In this document: positions 1-12,261 of the stretch, piece by piece | Layout: every line of letters begins with the position of its first letter | Position numbering within the stretch: the stretch's first letter is position 1 | Assembly (NCBI GenBank): GCA_028534125.1 | Contig: CM052817.1 | Span: forward strand, 31,808,001-31,872,000 | Reading direction: 5' to 3' | DNA length: 64,000 nt | Origin: Lama glama | Taxonomy: Eukaryota | Position numbers and translations under genes: made by a program | The notes under the pieces: model-generated | Told to the model about the DNA's origin: nothing | The model's database searches: none | The model's input: only the letters and a program-made list of their open reading frames with translations

Positions 1-437
1 CTCGACTCTCTGATTTATCCAAAGGCAAGTGGATCAGCAGTTTGTTGAGAAGCCTGAGAGCCAGGAGGTATTCGTATTCGTAATCTGACTCTAATAAAGA
101 TGCTGCTATCCAAAAAATGGTGGCCATCAAGTTGGCAGGCTCAGTAGTGGACTGCACATCATACACTGCTTTCTCTCTCAGAGAGGAAAGGCTTCTAGTC
201 CTCGCTAAACTACTGCTATGGTTTATCCGTCCATCCATTATATCCAGTGTGTTACTCCGCCGCCGGTCACCTCTTCGGTCACCAATTAAACTTAATCTCA
301 AAGAGTTACTTCTTGTATTACTGTTATATCCCAAATAACTGCTACTATTAATGGGACTTGTGCTTAAATTGAGTTGTCCAGTGCTTTTCCTGTTAGCTGC
401 ATACTTGTTTCCCATTATAGGATCATGGTATGAGGTT
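1..437 (-). CDS. FRYL: FRYL exon 38/38, partial (TSYHDPIMG...PLDKSESRE, runs off the window)
   Basis: AG acceptor at 438-439; translated codon by codon and open to position 1. Confidence 0.93.
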
Positions 438-1517
438 CTTTTTAAGAAAAAGAGAAAGAAAGAAAGAAAAAAGATGAATCCATGCAAATCATTTTTTAGC
501 TACATTAATTGTACTCCTGAAAACGCTGAAAAGGGTAACTGTTACCAGGAAAAATCACTTCTAAGTATATTGGACTTTGCTTAATTAAATTTCAGTTCTT
601 TCCTCCGTGTTGCAATGTACAACAGTATCTTTTCTACTGTGGCCAATTGTTTCCTTTGGGTTGGATGAGGTTTGATTTCAAGTGAAATTTCTGCTACAGT
701 TATCACTGATAACTTTTAGCTTTGGGATTTAGTAAACATTATATCCCAAGCAGGCTTCCTTTGTCTTAACCCCAGAGCTGATGGTCCTGGGGTCCCTATT
801 TCTGTCAATTCACACTCTTTCCAGAAGAACCAAGCTCAAAAATTTTATTTTTGATTTCTCTTTCTCCTTCTCCCTCACATCCATTTATCATTGGTTAAAA
901 AATAATTACAGAATACTTTCTACATGTGCCAGCAGTATGTAAAATGCTAGGAATATTAGGTAAAGTCCATGTAAATGGACAAATTACAGCCTGTTAGTTG
1001 CTGTCATTAAAATATAAAGAAAACACTGTGACAATCCAAAGGATGGAGTAATTAGCTTTACCCCGGGGCAGGCAGAAATGTTTAGCTAGGAGGTGATACT
1101 GAGACGGGACTTAAAGGAGAAACCAATTCGGGATTTGCAAGGAAGATAAAGTTCGAAGAGAGGCTGGTCCAGGGAGAAGGAACAGTACGTGGAAGGTGTG
1201 AGCTTTGAGGTGCCTGGCCTGCTGGGGGCACAATGGGATGCTGAGTGTGGCAGGAACAGAGCCCGTCACTGAGGCTGAAGCCAAGCAGCACAGCAGAAAG
1301 CGCTCTGGACAGGATGTAAGAGGGGCAGCACTGCCACTTCCTAGCCCTGTGACTCGTCACGTGTCCTCACCGTCTGGGGCTCATTTCCCACTGGTAATCC
1401 ATCTGAAGTTTGGGGTATTATTCTCACCACCAATATTAGCACAATACACTATTATACATATTTAGCTATTGAAGGTCTATATACAAATCTACTGGTTGCC
1501 TAGTTTTAAACTCTTAC

Positions 1518-1612
1518 TGAGAAAGGGCAGAAAGAAGATCATAATGCTTCATGGTTTCAGCCAAAGTATCAATTGCAGATTCCAACGTGAGAAGAAGCTC
1601 AATCACAAATCC
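1518..1612 (-). CDS. FRYL: FRYL exon 37/38 (GFVIELLLTL...LSALS)
   Basis: 95 nt, phase 0-2. Confidence 0.93.
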
Positions 1613-1789
1613 CTAGAAGAAAGGCAGATTTTAATTAATTATGCTCTGGAAAGAAGAAATTGCAACACACTTCCTGATGAGATTTTAAAATAGAACAAAC
1701 TCCACATTAATATTACAAAGTAATTAAACTCTTGAGCAACACGATCTTGCTGATTGACCAAAATGCATCAAACTAATGGTAGAAATTGA

Positions 1790-2580
1790 TTATAATGGCA
1801 CCCAAAATTGCTTAGACCAGAAATCTAGGAGCCACCCTGTTGCTTTCCCTCACATCAACTGAAACCATCACGAAGTCCTAAAAATATTACTTAAAAAATA
1901 TATCCTAAACCCAACTTCTTTTCCCTACCTCCACAGCTTTCCTTTAATCCAAACTGACATCATTTCGGACTGGACTCCTACAAACAGCCTCTTAACTGAC
2001 CTCTCTTGCTTTCCTGAGGACTCCACCTAGCCTCCAGAGTGAGTTTTTTAAAAAGCGAATTGTATCCATCACTCTCCTTTGAAAACCTATGGGTGGTTTG
2101 CCATCAATTCAGAGTAAAATCCCACCTCTCACCAGAACCTTCCAGGCCTCACAAGATCTAGACCTACCCTCCTCATCACATCCACCTGCCTGTGGATGTC
2201 CCTGTCTAAAACACTCTCACCACACTGGTTTGCTTGATGTTCCTTTAAAAAGCCTTTTGCTCCTCCCCCAGGGCCTTTGCACTTGCTAGTTCTATTTCCC
2301 TTTGCTCTCTTCCCCAGATTATCACAGGGCTCACTCCATTTAAATGTGTGTTCAAAACTCATCTTCTCAGATGATCACATATAAAACAACCCCTCCCCCT
2401 GTCATTCTTTATAACCTGTTACTCTGTCTTATTATTTTCACAGCATTCATCACTAAGTAAAATTGCATTACACATTATTGGTGGACTAAAGGCCTGTTTC
2501 CCCATGAAATGTGAGCTCCAGAATGCCAGGAATGTTGTCTTGTTCGCTATGGTATCCCTGGTGTCTAAAAACATTGATAA
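1790..2580 (+). mobile_element. L2 LINE 3' fragment, highly decayed
   Basis: Typical L2 3' motifs (cagcctcttaactg..., gggcctttgcacttgct, gtgagctccag...ttgttcgctatggtatccctgg); edges approximate. Confidence 0.65.
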
Positions 2581-2909
2581 AACCATGAGTCTGTACAGAT
2601 GTATGTACATTCTCTATTACAATATTCCACTTTATCTTAAAAAATGAAATCCAGTGTTCTACTTTAACTTCCTCTTTCACCTTGTGGTCATCCAAGAATA
2701 ATAGCCAGGTGTGTGCGTATAAGGCTTTTTCTGACAGGCACTAACAATTTAATTCAATTGGTATGTTACTAAGTATTACTTATACAACGTCTAAAATTCT
2801 GACATTAATAATTCTATGTGCCCTCTGTATTGCTCTACCTGCAGTGAGTCACATTTGGCAATAAGTACTTGACAACAAGGCGCTGCTCAACACCTGCTGA
2901 AAGGATTTA

Positions 2910-3266
<357 letters not shown>

Positions 3267-3284
3267 TCATTAAATTCCATCTGC

Positions 3285-3380
3285 TTTTTTATTTTTGTTA
3301 AGTGGAGGCACTTCGAATTGAACCCAGGGCTCCGTGCATGCTAAATGCGCACTCTACCACTGAGCTCTATCCTGCCCCTC
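3285..3380 (-). mobile_element. tRNA-Ala-derived SINE (Vic-1-like)
   Basis: Minus strand GAGGGGCAGGATAGAGCTCAGTGGTAGAGTGCGCATTTAGCATGCACGGAGCCCTGGGTTCAATTC...CCTCCA plus A-rich tail; Pol III A and B boxes; imperfect TSD catctgctttt/catttgcatttt. Confidence 0.8.
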
Positions 3381-3436
3381 TCATTTGCATTTTAGATGAC
3401 TTTTCACTCTAATCTCAGGGAAGGACTCTCTGAGAA

Positions 3437-3627
3437 CAGGGTTTCTCAGCCTCAGCACTACTGACACTCCGGCCAGATAACTCTTTGTTGTGAGGGCTGC
3501 CCGGTGCTGCGTACTTAAGTACTGGCATCCCTAGCCTTTATCCAACCTGACACCAGTAGTGACCTCCTGCCACCTGCCCCTTAAAAATGTCCCGAGAAGC
3601 AAAATCGCCCCCAGCTGAGAATTACTG
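3437..3627. mobile_element. MER20-like hAT-Charlie DNA transposon
   Basis: TIRs cagggtttctcagc ... gctgagaattactg; internal ggccagataactctttgttgtgagggctgccc matches MER20 as recalled. Confidence 0.8.
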
Positions 3628-4029
3628 CTTTAGATACACACACTTTACTATAATTTTCAGAATGTGTTAAATTCAAAAATCACAGAAACCCATATCAGTA
3701 TAAAAAATTATGTTAAGGTTTGTCATCTCTACCTATGTTCCTTAAATATAATTGTTTCATAATAAACAACTGTATTGTAATTTTATTATGCCATCCTACA
3801 CAAAACTAAGAACCCCAGGCTGTCAAAGGAGCATTCTTAATTTAAGTAGTAACTTAATTTCTTTTCAACCAAAACAAACCTGTTATCACTAGTAAGTTAA
3901 AAAGGAAAAACTGTCTAAAACTCAACTTTAAACACATCAATGGTCAACTTTTTGCTGAACAGTATCAGAAGTTTTGACATCACCTTAAAATATCTCCTTG
4001 AAAGTAAATATTATCTGAAATATTTATTA

Positions 4030-4194
<165 letters not shown>

Positions 4195-5325
4195 TTACCT
4201 TAAGTTTTACTCATACTCACCTAAAACGTGCTTTTGCAATTAAAAAGGGTAGTAGTTGAATAAATCAAACAGCATGTCACACAGGCTACTACTACTATTT
4301 ATGTTCCTGGACATGTAATGATTTAGAGCAAGTACAGGAAGATGCAAGTTCCATCATTACAGTCAGATTCTCCCAGAGGTAGGAGAAAAAGATGACAAAT
4401 TTTTGCCAAGTGGAAAGAGTACTGGTTATTGCTTATGTATTACAGATCAAAACATTATAATTTGTAGAGGCTAGACTGTATTTAGATTGTGATGCCGAGA
4501 AAATAATTTATAAGCTAAAACTACAGGGACAGGTTAGGGCAGAATAAAGTCCTGTGGGTTCTTTCTTTAAAATATCTGCATTCTCGAGCCCACCACCTTG
4601 TCGAATAAGGGTTAAGCCCCTTATTACCACAGGCCCAGAGTGCCCTGAAAAAAGATGTGGTCACACTGCTGTTGGTCCCTAACACCTCTAATTCATCATG
4701 TCCTTTGCTATGAGACCGATCATAGCATATTTATTTAATTGAGTCCCCTACCCTCCCCATTCAGCTCAAAGATTTTCAATAAAGTTTCCTTTCTTGAAAG
4801 ATCTATAACCTGTGGGCTAGACTTCATGGTCCTTCAGTTTGAACTCTTCTAAGCTTTCTTGTCTAGAAAGTCTTTCCTCAGCATTACAGTCAGACCAGAT
4901 TCTCACCATTTCCAAACATACTTCGTTTTCTCACATGCCTGTGACTTTGCTCTTGCTGTAGAATACCGGCCCCTTTCTCCCCATCTATGTTTCTTCTTTA
5001 CTTAGAGTGCTTTGCAGAGAGTAGACCATAAATAAATACTGGATACTGACTGGTCATGTAGCTGATGAAGGCAGAGTATGTACTCAGATAACACTGTGTC
5101 CTCTTCGGGTACTCAGCATTAGACACAATTAAGGCCTTCCTCAGCTACAATCATATGAGCCAAAGAAGAAAGTCATCAAATTTTCTAAATATTGCAAAAT
5201 ACAAACTTGTCTACTCCAAATCAAGGACACTTTGAAAAACAGAAATAGGGTCTGCTGTAACCGACAAATGAAATGACAACTTGGCGCGGCTACGTTGCTG
5301 GAACGGTAGGGGGTGCAGATGTTAC

Positions 5326-5530
5326 CTTGAGGTAATGAATTCCATGAGGGTTTTGACTTTTCCATCCTGCTCTACTGAGATGTCGACCTCGTTGAGGACA
5401 GTGGTGTGCAGATGTGAAATGGCAGCGCTGTTATTTCCTAAGCTGATACTAGAGGAGGTAGAACTTGAGCTGAGCCCTGAGTCGGTCATGGGGGAGGGCT
5501 GGTAATCAGGTATAAAATCACTAACACCTG
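5326..5530 (-). CDS. FRYL: FRYL exon 34/38 (AGVSDFIPDY...EFITS)
   Basis: 205 nt, phase 1-2; CAGCAG tandem acceptor (alternative boundary 5527). Confidence 0.91.
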
Positions 5531-5747
5531 CTGAAAGAGAGCGCCGCGCATGAACACCCAGACGTAGAACCATCTTCCACAGTATTTAAAGAATTAGGTT
5601 CTGGTTCCTTATGGATTATATAAGTACATAAAGGATGACGCAGATCAGTGCTCCTCCCCCTGCAGCCTCCCAAGCACCAAATTACAGCAGGTGAGGTTTT
5701 GAGCAAACACAGCAAACTTAACTCTTTGGATTTACTATGCAGTCCTC

Positions 5748-5783
5748 TGCTGCCATCTGCTGAGCAAAGTTGAAACTGGCAGC
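5748..5783 (-). promoter_or_regulatory. candidate CTCF site (core plus upstream motif)
   Basis: Minus strand GCTGCCAGTTTC-AACTT-TGCTCAGCAGATGGCAGCA; motif match only. Confidence 0.45.
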
Positions 5784-6877
5784 TTCCTAATATTTTGGCA
5801 TAACGTGGGTTAAGTCATTCACATTTCTATAGTGTAACTGATTTTTAATTTCCTATGGAAAAGATTCTATGCTTTCTGCTTCACTTTACTCAAAGGCCAT
5901 TTTAGAGTCTATTTATAGACTTAAAAATATAATATTTACATTATGCCAATTATTAAATAATTCTAAAGGTTACTACTAATGCTCATACAAAATGGCAAAT
6001 GAGGCCTTAAAAACAAGCAACAAATACAAACTATGGAATTTTGAATAGAAATGCTTTAACATTAAAAAAAGGGAGAAAACTTTTATTTCATTCATCTTTT
6101 AATCATAGTTTTAAAAGGTGAATAAGTTTACTAATCATTGTTTTCTCATTAACTACAAGGTTTTAAATAGACAACAAGGCTTTAACTAAGTAAATTTAAA
6201 TTTTATTAACCCTGTATCTGGCATTAAGTGATTGGCAAAAAAAAAGTAATTTTATTTCAATTTTTAAAAACAATTATTTTCTAGATCATTTATTATAAAT
6301 CAGATGATACTGATGAATAAAATAAATATTAGGTTATTAGGAAAAAGAAAATAAGAAGTAAAAAAAAATCACATCAGCAGTGAAATAAATTTTACATTAA
6401 AATCTCATTAATTTGGACCTCACTAGTACTTTAAAATATGCAATTTGGAATTTACTAGACTTCAAATGTATAACATTTTAAGTGAAATCAATATAACCGA
6501 GCAAAAAAAAATTTTTTACTGTCCTCTTTGGCCAATTTTTCAGATCTTGAGATCAGGAGGAAACTAATACAAGTTTACCACCTTTTTCATAACCAGTGCT
6601 CAATAAATTAAGCCACTCTTTCATTGTACCTTTAACTTACATGTTGAGAGCTTGAAATTTTTATGACAAAGATCATTAAAGGCAATACAGATCAAATATT
6701 CCAAGTCTAAGTCCTTCTTTATGGATTAATAAATAATACCAATGGTACTTAAAATAATAAAACTACATTTAAAAAAATATTGTCCAGTGTTTCAATTTTA
6801 GTTGACTTTCTCTAATGTAGGATTCCAAATGAATGAAGTGCAATTCCACTTGCAAACTGAACTTTTAAAGCAAATAC

Positions 6878-7063
6878 CTGTGAAAGTATAATCTGAGTGT
6901 GCAATTTGTTTGACTGTAAGCACCCTGGGCTCATTAAACTCCTTGTTCCTGAGAAGGACAGAAGCAGCAGTTCGGATGTTGCTGTTGGATCCCATCACTA
7001 TTAGTAAGTGCAGAAGCAGGCGTTTACAATGCTCATACACCTCAGGGTGGCAGTGGTCAAACC
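6878..7063 (-). CDS. FRYL: FRYL exon 33/38 (FDHCHPEVY...DYTFT)
   Basis: 186 nt, phase 1-1; within ORF 6798..7076. Confidence 0.93.
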
Positions 7064-7882
7064 CTGAAGAGAACAATAAAAAAAAGTCACCATCAATAAA
7101 GACAGATAATGAGTATTCTTGCTGCCAAACCCATATTTTAAAAAGAAAAGCAGAAATTATATAAGATCATATTATGTCAATTTTTTTATTAGCCTAGAAT
7201 TTGTATACATTTTTATAATAGCCTATTGTCCTCCTGGACTAGGGAGAATCCAGGCAAGTTCCCAAAGCATACATCTAAAATTTAGTCATCTCTTAGACAC
7301 TAATAATCTGTTACAAAACACTAGATGTAAATGAACTTTTATAGGCAAGGATTTTTTGTGTGCTTAGAACGCAATAAAGAGTCAGTAGCTGTTTGCTTAC
7401 TGAAGGAATGAAGTAATACATGTATAATAAGTGCACATATCAGGAAATTTAGGAGAGGATGGCTGTTTTGACTTGCTTCAGGAAAGCAATCCTCCCAGCA
7501 CGGGCAGTGTTGCTGATGCGATGGCTACCACGTGTTTGTTAGGAGGGCACAATGGAGTTTCAGCTGTAATCAGACTGTCCACGATCTAATTCTGTGGGGA
7601 AACACTTAGTACCCATTTCAGTTTTCCATTTACTCTGAAAGCTTCCAATCACAGAGGTAAATTAACTTTACTTTTGCTTCAGTTACAGGATTTTTCCTGC
7701 TGGAGGGTATGTGTTTGTGTGTGCGGCGGGAGAGGCTGCAGGACAGGAATAGGAATGGGTAAGAGGCTAGAAATAACTCCCCTCTAGACCATGAGAATCA
7801 CAGTAAAAAGTGTCATGGAAATAACCCACAAAAAGGAGGAACCAAAATATGTAGAAACTCTCTTAAAGCCATATTGCCTTTC

Positions 7883-8609
7883 CCACTGTGGAAAACAGTA
7901 TGGAGATTCCTCAAAACACTAAAAATAGAACCATTGTACAATCCAGCAATTTCACCCATGGGTATATATCCAAAGAAAACAAAAACACTAATTCAAAAAG
8001 ATGTACGTACCCCAATGTTCATAGCAGCACTATTTATAATAGCCAAGTCCTGAAGGCAACCTAAGTTTCCAACAACAGATGAATAAAGAAGACGTGGTGT
8101 GTGTGTGTGCGCGCGCGCGCGCAGTGGAATACTACTCAGCCAGAAAAAGAATGAAATGCTGTCATTTGCAACAACACGGGTGGACCTGGAGGGTGTTAAT
8201 GCTTAGTGAAAATAAGTCAGAGAGAAAAAGACAAATACTGTATGTTATCACTTAATATGTGAAATCTAAAAAAAAGTAAAACAAACTAGTGAATGTAGCA
8301 AAACAGAAGCAGACTCACAGATGTAGAGAACAAACAAGTGGCTACCAGTGGGGAGAGGGGAAGTGGATGAGGGGCACGATAGGGGTAAGGGTGTTAAGAG
8401 GTACAAACTACCATGTATAAAATAAATAAATTACAAGGATACATTATACAGCACAGAGAATATAGCCAATATTTTACAATAATTGTAAATGGAGTAGAAC
8501 CTATAAAAATTCTGAATCACTATTTGTACACCTGAAACTGTTGTAAATCAACGATACCTTAATAAAAATTTAATTAAATAAAAATAAGTGTGACCTGAGA
8601 AAACCAAAT
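7883..8609 (+). mobile_element. L1 3' end (ORF2 tail + 3'UTR), 5'-truncated
   Basis: ccactgtggaaaacagtatggagattcctc ... tgtacacctgaaactg...aataaa; TSD atattgcctttc (7871-7882) / atactgcctttc (8610-8621). Confidence 0.9.
8097..8122. repeat. (GT)6(GC)7 compound microsatellite
   Basis: Read directly. Confidence 0.95.
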
Positions 8610-8671
8610 ATACTGCCTTTCAATTATCACAAAAATATGAAATGAAGACATGAGAACCAAATATTTATTAC

Positions 8672-8775
8672 CTATAAAAATTGCATGAAGAAGAAGATGG
8701 AGGTAGCTTCCCCATTCCACCTTCACACTATGATCAATGATCAGATCAGTCAGAAGGATCACGGCTATGTTACAC
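8672..8775 (-). CDS. FRYL: FRYL exon 32/38 (CNIAVILLT...HAIFI)
   Basis: 104 nt, phase 2-1. Confidence 0.93.
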
Positions 8776-9445
8776 CTATGACAGACAAGAGTGTTGTTAA
8801 CGCTTTACTAGAGTAAACCTAGAGAAAATCTTATGCAAATTACTCGCAGACTTTAATATTGTATTTTACGAAAAATACAATTTCCCAAGAAAAAAAGAAG
8901 AGAAGAAATACAGCTGGAGAAACCGTTAAGTGACAGTTTTAGAAAAAAAAGCATATCTGCTATGGGCTCCTTGAAGCCAAGGGCCATGCTTTCTTCATCT
9001 TCAATCCTAAGACCTAGCACACTGCTTGCCACATAGTAGGTGTTCAATACATGTTTGGTACATCAGTACATTTGGAAAGAACGCAGTAACTGTTCTATTT
9101 TGATTTTGCTAAGCAGACATCAGTTTAACTCAATTCAAAATAAGAGGGCCTATTACCATAAAGTAATATTTTTCAGATGTAGTAACTGGGTCCCAGAAAG
9201 GTCAAGTAACTATGCCAGACACCCAGAAAAGCAGCAGCAGCAGAATTAGATTTCACAATATCCACCAAAAACAGTTAACTCTGAGTTTTTAAATTTCTTA
9301 ACATCTACACACACTGATCGAATTTGTTGCAGTATCAAAAGAGAGAAGGTTGCTTGTATCCTGTGTTGTCAGATAGCGTAAAGAAAGCTGAAAGTGTTAA
9401 GCAGCGACTTGGCTCGTATGAAATAGGAATGACGCTGTGGTCCAC

Positions 9446-9596
9446 CTGTGAAGAGGTAATCCAGGTGATGACGTTTCAGGCAAGTAATCCACCAGTGGTG
9501 ACCAGCAGCCTCCAGCTGGTGGGAAGGGTAGTGGCTCTCCTTGATTATGCTCCATCACTTTCAGGCGCCAATTAGAATAAAGTGGCATTGAATCAC
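9446..9596 (-). CDS. FRYL: FRYL exon 31/38 (DSMPLYSNW...GLPLH)
   Basis: 151 nt, phase 1-2; weak CAG|GTGGAC donor. Confidence 0.91.
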
Positions 9597-10555
9597 CTAT
9601 CAAAATAAAATGATCTCATTGTCTACACCATCTACTTTCTGCTAAGATAAGCAAACTCTAGTAAGACACCAACTATTTATAGCATTGGAAAGTGAGCAAA
9701 AGAATTTCCCACCATTTTGACTTATGCTTGCTAGGAAGACCTGGGCACAAATATCATCAGAGTAAGCAAATCAGAGAGAGAGAAGAGATCACAATTCAGG
9801 TTCCATCCTTTTATCAAAGCAAACTACATGAGCACTTCATCGTGATTCCGGAATTGATGTCCCAGCTATGAGACCACATGAAAGGAAAAGCTGCCTTGTA
9901 ACAAGGGCCTCTGGTAAGTTACTCGGTTCTAAATTTCCTGAGATAGGCCAATGCAAACCCATCCTCAAAGGAAATCTGCTCCACCACAGCAGGGCTGCAG
10001 GGTGCAGTAAAAAATGCCATCAGGAAATGTGAGTTCTGTGTGACGTGGGTAAGTCACTTAACCTCTCTGGACCTCAGTTCCATCATATGCAAAGTGAGAA
10101 GATGGGACCAGATCACATCCAAGGTCCCTTCCCAGTCTGAAGGCTTCTGTTTCTATTCCACTCTGCCTTAGTGTTACAGCGAGACTGGGGCAGATTATTT
10201 ATTCTGCAATTGCAAGGGAGGACATTTTAGTAAAATGTGAATCCATGGAGAAAGAGCCAGCCTGTTCAAAAAAGCAGCCTGCTGCCAAGCGTCTCTTCTA
10301 TGATGCTTCTTGAGAACCAACTCTTACGTTCCTTTTGATTTATCTACAGGGAACCTGCACTTTTAAAACATAATTCCCCCACTTACGTTGCTTATTTAAA
10401 TTAAGACATTTCAGGTTATGTTGGAACACCACTAGTGGCAGTTAAATACTCTTCTTAAAAACAATCTACTGGAAGAATATATTAATTAACATTAATATAA
10501 TTACAATACACCTTGCCATTGTTGTTATTGAAACAAAACATTTGGAATGTATTAC

Positions 10556-10668
10556 TTTTTTCTTCTTCATAAGATCCTCCAGAGCTGCTACTGTATCGGG
10601 ACTCTAGTCTGTGATGTTGACGATTTAAATGACTGTTTAGTCCACTGTAGATGTCTAGGTGCACATAG
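10556..10668 (-). CDS. FRYL: FRYL exon 30/38 (YVHLDIYSG...YEEEK)
   Basis: 113 nt, phase 2-1; ACTAAC branch-point match at 10689-10694. Confidence 0.92.
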
Positions 10669-11217
10669 CTATGGGAATGATCATCAAAGTTAGTCACAGT
10701 TCATGGTAAAATAGTATCTGTACTTCATGTTTTACGTTTAAACATGTTTAAACATGTTTAAAAAAGAACACAGCACACAAAATACTAACTAAAGTTTACT
10801 ATGATATATACTAATTTCCACCTTACAATTCAAAGGCTTAAGCTTTGAAGTCAATTATTTCTACGTGAAGACTTTTCTCAAACTGTTCTGATAACAATGT
10901 GCTGGTGAAAGCTATTTCATACGAAACAGGCGGAGTAAATATACATTTAGAAAAGTTAAAAAATGTAGCAACACAAAAAGTGACTGACCATGTTCCACCT
11001 ATTCATCCATCAGTGCATATTAAAAAATCTAGCATGTCAGCATCTTTAACGTTAAAATGGTCAACGTGGAAATTTTTTAATACAGAAATACATATTTCTT
11101 CCCTAGAATTTTAACACAATGGAAATACACATTCCAGGGCAGGACTCATCAGTTACTCTGATGATAAATCAGTACATGTCAGACTGAAAGGCTAAGGAAG
11201 AACAGAGCAGTACTTAC

Positions 11218-11302
11218 TTCTCTTCAATGCTCTCTTTTATGGGCTTATTATCGAGGTTGCCATCTGTGGGAGCTACCATCGTATTGCTACTAGAAGTAGT
11301 TC
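11218..11302 (-). CDS. FRYL: FRYL exon 29/38 (TTSSSNTMV...ESIEE)
   Basis: 85 nt, phase 1-2, GTAAGT donor. Confidence 0.91.
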
Positions 11303-11963
11303 CTGTAATCAGAAATACAACAGTATCTGAATATAAGGCCTGGGGTGGCTCAATAAGAACAGAAGATTGCAAATTACAGGTGTCAAAACTTCACTAAAAT
11401 GAGAAGAAGGTGATTTTAAAAAAAGAACGTACTCTTAATGACCAACAGGGAAAGGAGACAACAGCAAGATTACGGATTCTGGAAAACAAATGGACAAGAA
11501 GTAATTAAGTGTTAGGAAGACTGGATCCGGAGCTGTCGGTGAAGGAAACCAAGGAGCCTCTGTATCTGTATTGCTGAACCTCCAAGAGGCTCAGGAATTA
11601 GCAGCATCAAGTACCTCTGGAAGCAGGGGTTGAAGGAGGCGCTAACAATAGTAGGATTGTTTGAAAATCAACTTCAGAAGTAGCTGGTCCCCAAGATCTA
11701 CCCCTCTGCCTCTTATAACTAACTGGGTAGCTGTCTTTCCTCACCTCTAGAAGTCTTTTTTGATGAGATTAAATCAGAGGAGTTCTGGACTAGGGCACAC
11801 CATACAAGAGTGAAGGAGGAAGTACTTGACTGAGAATATAGGGACTAAGTGAAAATATACATACATACTTAAATTTGAGATTGGACCCCTCCTATAACCT
11901 TCTTATCCCAGAAGGCTTGAAGACTGTGTCTGTGTAGTGTGTGTATCTACAGATTATATCTGT

Positions 11964-11981
11964 ACACACACACACACACAC
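11964..11981. repeat. (AC)9 microsatellite
   Basis: Read directly. Confidence 0.9.
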
Positions 11982-12261
11982 CCCCACACACCCCTACACC
12001 CTCTACTCTAGGCAGATGACTAGAAGAGTTTTCTCTGGGGAATCTGATTAGTGCAAGAGAAAGACCTATAGACAGTTACATCAATAATATCATCATACAA
12101 CAAAGGACAAAATCAACCAGTCCCATATATACCTACAGAGCAGCCAATCAACTTTTTAATATGCATACCATTGTTTCTGAAAAGACAGGTCTAGGACTGG
12201 TAAGCTTTTGAGGAAAGCTTTTACAAGACAAAAACAAACAGCAACATAAAGAAAATAGGGA

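Noticed and set aside
3303..3378. Functional tRNA-Ala gene
   Set aside because: The acceptor stem is disrupted, there is an extra 5' purine leader, and it has an A tail and TSD-like flanks, so it is a SINE.
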